Source of the DNA: the human T2T-CHM13v2.0 reference genome, Homo sapiens
Length of the DNA: 64,000 nt
NCBI RefSeq assembly: GCF_009914755.1
Contig: NC_060929.1
Reading direction: 5' to 3' (one strand)
Shown here in pieces: positions 58,601 through 64,000 of the stretch. The position numbers and the translations under genes are program-made. Under the pieces are notes generated by a model, which was not told where the DNA came from, made no database searches, and saw only the letters and a program-made list of their open reading frames with translations. Position 1 is the stretch's first letter. Each line of letters starts with the position of its first letter.

Positions 58601-59023
58601 AGTTGCCACTTGTCCACTCTTCTATTCATATATCTACCTACTCACCTACTCATCCATGCATGTACGTAGGCATCCACCTACTCAACTAAATACACCCAAT
58701 GTTTGTCGTACCTTGTATAGTGAGGCTGTCCAAGTCTTTAGAAGTTCACACTTTTAAGAAAGGGAAAAGGACCTGAAAAATTGGCAGATGAAAATGAAGA
58801 CAGAAAAGAGGAAAAGAAAGAAAATTAAGACTAAAGTAGAGAAAAACAAAAAGTGTAGAATAGGTTATATACATCTTGTAAAACAAGATATTCATCCTTA
58901 TTATATTTCTATCACTCACTTATCTCTTAGATAATGAGGTTTCTACAGAACATAATATAAAATGACATATTAAAGAATATGGTGACATCAGGAGAACTGT
59001 AAAGTTCTTTGAAAGGCAAATAG

Positions 59024-59357
<334 letters not shown>

Positions 59358-61029
59358 CTAGAAATGGATAGAAATTTATTTTGAAAAACGTATTTATTTT
59401 TGAACTTTTTTCTGGTCCACTGGAGAAGAAGCCACAAAAGATCATAAACAATGTGTACGTAAAATTATAAAATTGTATGGTTGAAACTGTAATGCATTTA
59501 TTCCAATTTCAAACAAGAAAGGGCAGATTAGACATTTGACTCATTTGACAAGCATCAGCTTTAGTCCTCTTTGGATTTATTCTCCTGTAATTCACAGAAG
59601 AGCTCTGACCAAATTCTAATTTTTTGTTCTTCAATATTTCTTATCTTTACATTTCGTCATGCATTAAAATCCTATTTGGACTTGTCTGGCACCAATGGCA
59701 CATTCTTCCTGGCTAACAGCATTATGCAGATATTAATAATGTTTTAAAAGTGGTCAAGGGCATATCAGCAATGCACTTTGTCCCTCTTTTAATGAAAGAA
59801 AGCTCATACTTAAACAGGTGAACTATCACATACCTAAAGTTCCAGTGGGAAGAGAGAATCAAATATCAAGTCTAACAAGATATTTGTTAATAAGAGCAAC
59901 AACAGGATCTTGAAAATACAACCATAATTTTCAGAAAGAATACCTAAAATTTTTGCAGAAAGTCATATTTCTCTTAGTTTTATCATGAAATAACAGCACC
60001 TAAAAGCTTGGATTCTATGTTCATTGTTCCCACAAAGTATGAAAAAGGCATGAGAAACATTATTAAATAAGACTGATCACAGTAGAGCTACTAACTGCAT
60101 TCATTATGTTTTTTAAATCCTCAAAGCCAAATACAGTTTTTACCACCATGTCCAACAGAGTTTCAGTGTTATAATGAAGTTTAGTAATTCCTTTAACTAC
60201 CTGTGAAGGAAGTAAAGTATCTTCTAAAAACTTCTGGGTGCTATTGACATAATAAAAAAAGAGGGAGGGAAATTGCTCTATAACAGATTTTATAAATTTT
60301 TTATGGTGTAGTTTTTATAGTGCATCTATAAAATACACTGAAATGTGATTATCAAATATTGTTCAGCTCCCATAATGAAGAAGGCTAACATTAAGGATCT
60401 GTCCTTGTTTTTACTTTGTAACTCCTATTGTCTGAGCCAGATTCTCCTCAGGACCTTATTTTATTGTGATTACTGCAACATCCCTGCCAGCAAGCGTAGA
60501 GCAGACTTGGTCACTCCTTTGCTGAAGTCAGCCAAGAGAATATTCTATTAGACAAAGTAACATACGCCTCAAAGGCTTGGAAGCCAGGGGAAAAAGTGAG
60601 ACACATACAAGACAATAATACATAAACCAATTAACTTAGCCTCTCAGGAAAACCATCCTCAGTCTCATCAAATTGTGTATTATCTGGCAATATAAATTGA
60701 AAATCTATTTATAGAGTAGTCAGGCTAAATCTCTTATTGCTAAAACAGAAGTAGTGAAGGTCAAAGAATGCAAAATCCTAGGAAACACAATTTTTTTCCA
60801 AAGGCTGTTTAATATGCCTTTGATATAGATTACTTTATTGACAATGGTTCTTTTGTCTTTCTGAAAACTACATCTGCACAACAACTAGGTCACCTTGAAT
60901 TTCAAGTACAACATTGCCTATAAATTTAATTTAACATCATATTATCCATAATTACCATGAACAGGAGGCAGGTGTGACCCTTATGGTTAAGCTAGAGGGA
61001 CCAAGGACAGGATAGGTTAATAGACTTGC

Positions 61030-61975
<946 letters not shown>

Positions 61976-62549
61976 TACAGGTTGTGGAGTCTGGCAGAGA
62001 AGGAGCCAAACTCAGAACTCAGATCTATGCAGATTAGCTCTCTGCCCTTCCTTTAATAACTGGACTCTTGGAGCATCTGATTGACAGGTCTCTACCCCAA
62101 TCTTTCTACTCTGACTGACCTTACATAACACGTAGGGTTCTCTAATACAGCTGATGCTATTAACTTGATTAAAAATATTTGATAACTTTTAAGTCGTCAT
62201 AGGACAAAGCCCAATCTGTCTAAAGTGACATATTCTGGTCTACACACCTGAATTTACATGGTCTCCTACCACACTTCTCTAACTTCCCTGAGAGTGCCTC
62301 GGGTGTCACCAAGTGGGGGTGGGGTGTAACACGGCTAGCAGCTGTGACACCAGGCCTTCTTTCCTGCTTGGAGAAGGCAGCTTTGCTTTTATCTCTTTTT
62401 CATATATATAGATCATGTATATAGGTTCAAAAAAAAATAAACCTATATATAGGTTCATGTTTTTAAAACGGCTTAGCTTTAGAAAACCACTGCTTCAGAT
62501 ACACAAAGGCATCATGGCACCTCTAACAGTACAATTAAGTACTAACTAC

Positions 62550-62878
62550 ATGCCTTCCTGCCTTTAGACACTATCTTCACCTCCTCATCCCTTCCTGGCA
62601 AATGCCTGTTCGTCTTTTGGGGCTGTAAAACAAGCACAACCTTCTCTGTTTCTTCAATTCCCAAGGCTGAATTATTTGCTCTTTCTCTTCTCCCATTCTA
62701 CACATGCCTCTTTTTTTTTTAGTACTTTATACATTAAAAATAGTATTAAACAAGCTTATCTTTCCCATATACAATTACCTTCCCAGAGCTAGGGGTATGC
62801 CTTATTTATATTTTTATCTCCACACTTTGCACAGTGTTTTGGATGTAGCAGGCTCTCAATAAGGCTCTGAGTGAATGG
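62550..62878 (+). mobile_element. L2 3' end
   Basis: CTTCCTGGCAAATGCCTGTTCGTCTTT...GCACAGTGTTTTGGATGTAGCAGGCTCTCAATAA...GAGTGAATG. Confidence 0.7.
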
Positions 62879-63318
62879 TAGTCACTGGTTTTCAACCTGT
62901 AATCTTTGACATTCTAGGATTCTGCTCAAGATTGAGATAATTATGTAATAATAACCATGGTAATACTGTCCTTATATTTTCCAGCAACATTTTTCACAAC
63001 CCTTGAATTGGAAATATGGGTTTGTGGTCAATGAGATGGGTAAAGGCTGGAAATTTCCTTTAGGAAGTGATCTCCAGATACATGATGATAGAAGTCATGG
63101 AAATTAGATTTGCCTCTCCAAATGTCAGGCTACATTTCCATCATAGGGAAAGAGAACATTTACCACCACGGGCTGAGCACCATCAGGCATATTGCATATA
63201 TCATTTCATTTAATACAACACCGAAAACAAATTTGCTCTATTATTTCTACTTTATAAACAGTGACCATGAAACTTGGAAACATTAAAATAATTCAGGCTC
63301 TTAATAAGAGAAAATTCT

Positions 63319-63520
63319 AGCCTCGGGAACATGGCAAGACCCCATCTCTTAAAAAAAAAAAAAAAATTAGCCAGGTGTGGTGGTATGCTGTGGTCCATGG
63401 TCCCAGCTACTCAGGAGGCTGAGGTGGGAGTATCGCTTGAACCCAGCAGTCTGAGGCTGCAGTGAGCCATGTTCGTCAGGGTGACAGAGACAGAGAGCCT
63501 ATCTCAAAACAAACAAAAAA
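63319..63520 (+). mobile_element. 5'-truncated, internally deleted AluJ
   Basis: Starts at end of left arm; GAGGCTGCAGTGAGCCATG; AGAAAATTCTA on both flanks. Confidence 0.88.
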
Positions 63521-63743
63521 CTCAGAAAATTCTATCTCGTCACTCCTATTGCATCATGACTACTAGTTCACTCGCTCATTAATTCACTCACTCCATTTAT
63601 TGATGTTTATGAAATTTATTAAGCACATTAGATGTGCCTTTAACATACAAAAGTTTCTTGTAAGTACATTACTTGGATAGATTCCAAATATTTAATTTCC
63701 AGGTCCAAGCTGCTTTGAAATCTAGAAACAGGCCATTATTTAA

Positions 63744-64000
63744 TTTTTTTTTTTTTTTTTTTTTGAGACAGAGTCTTATTCTGTCGCCCAGGCTGGAGTG
63801 CAATGGTGCGATCTTGGCTCACTGCAACCTCTACCTCCTGAGTTCAAGCAATTCTCCTGCCTTAGCCTCCCAAGTAGCTAGGATTACAGGCTCTCACCAC
63901 CACGCCTGGCTAACTTTTTGTATTTTTAGTACAGATGGTATTTCGCCACGTTGGCCAAGCCGGTCTCAAACTCCTGACCTCAGGTGATCCACCCGCCTTG
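63744..64000 (-). mobile_element. AluS, cut by window end
   Basis: Poly-T then GAGACAGAGTC...CTCAGGTGATCCACCCGCCTTG. Confidence 0.95.

Overview
Primate (human-like) nuclear genomic DNA: AT-rich, CpG-depleted, with no CpG island and no recognisable protein-coding exon, RNA gene or processed pseudogene. It reads as intronic or intergenic sequence. By eye I count about 42 Alu-family elements, L1 fragments of several ages (L1PA 3' end, L1MB, L1MD-like 5'/ORF1), L2, L3/CR1 and MIR remnants, hAT and Tc1/mariner MITEs (MER5, MER20, MER96/96B, MER119, Tigger4a), five ERV1-type solo LTRs clustered at 32.8-43.7 kb, and several microsatellites. Many ORFs in the supplied track are Alu/L1/LTR read-throughs and the rest look like chance ORFs. 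The best second-look items are a multi-level nested transposon stack at 32.7-34.9 kb, the co-oriented LTR cluster (including an LTR8B-like element with tandem AP-1 sites), an Alu orientation bias that switches near 32 kb, and a speculative set of small minus-strand exon candidates in repeat-poor DNA. I could not identify a host gene and see no convincing evidence for a novel biological system. Repeat subfamily names come from remembered consensus motifs, not alignments, and boundaries are approximate (about +/-10 bp, more for ancient repeats).
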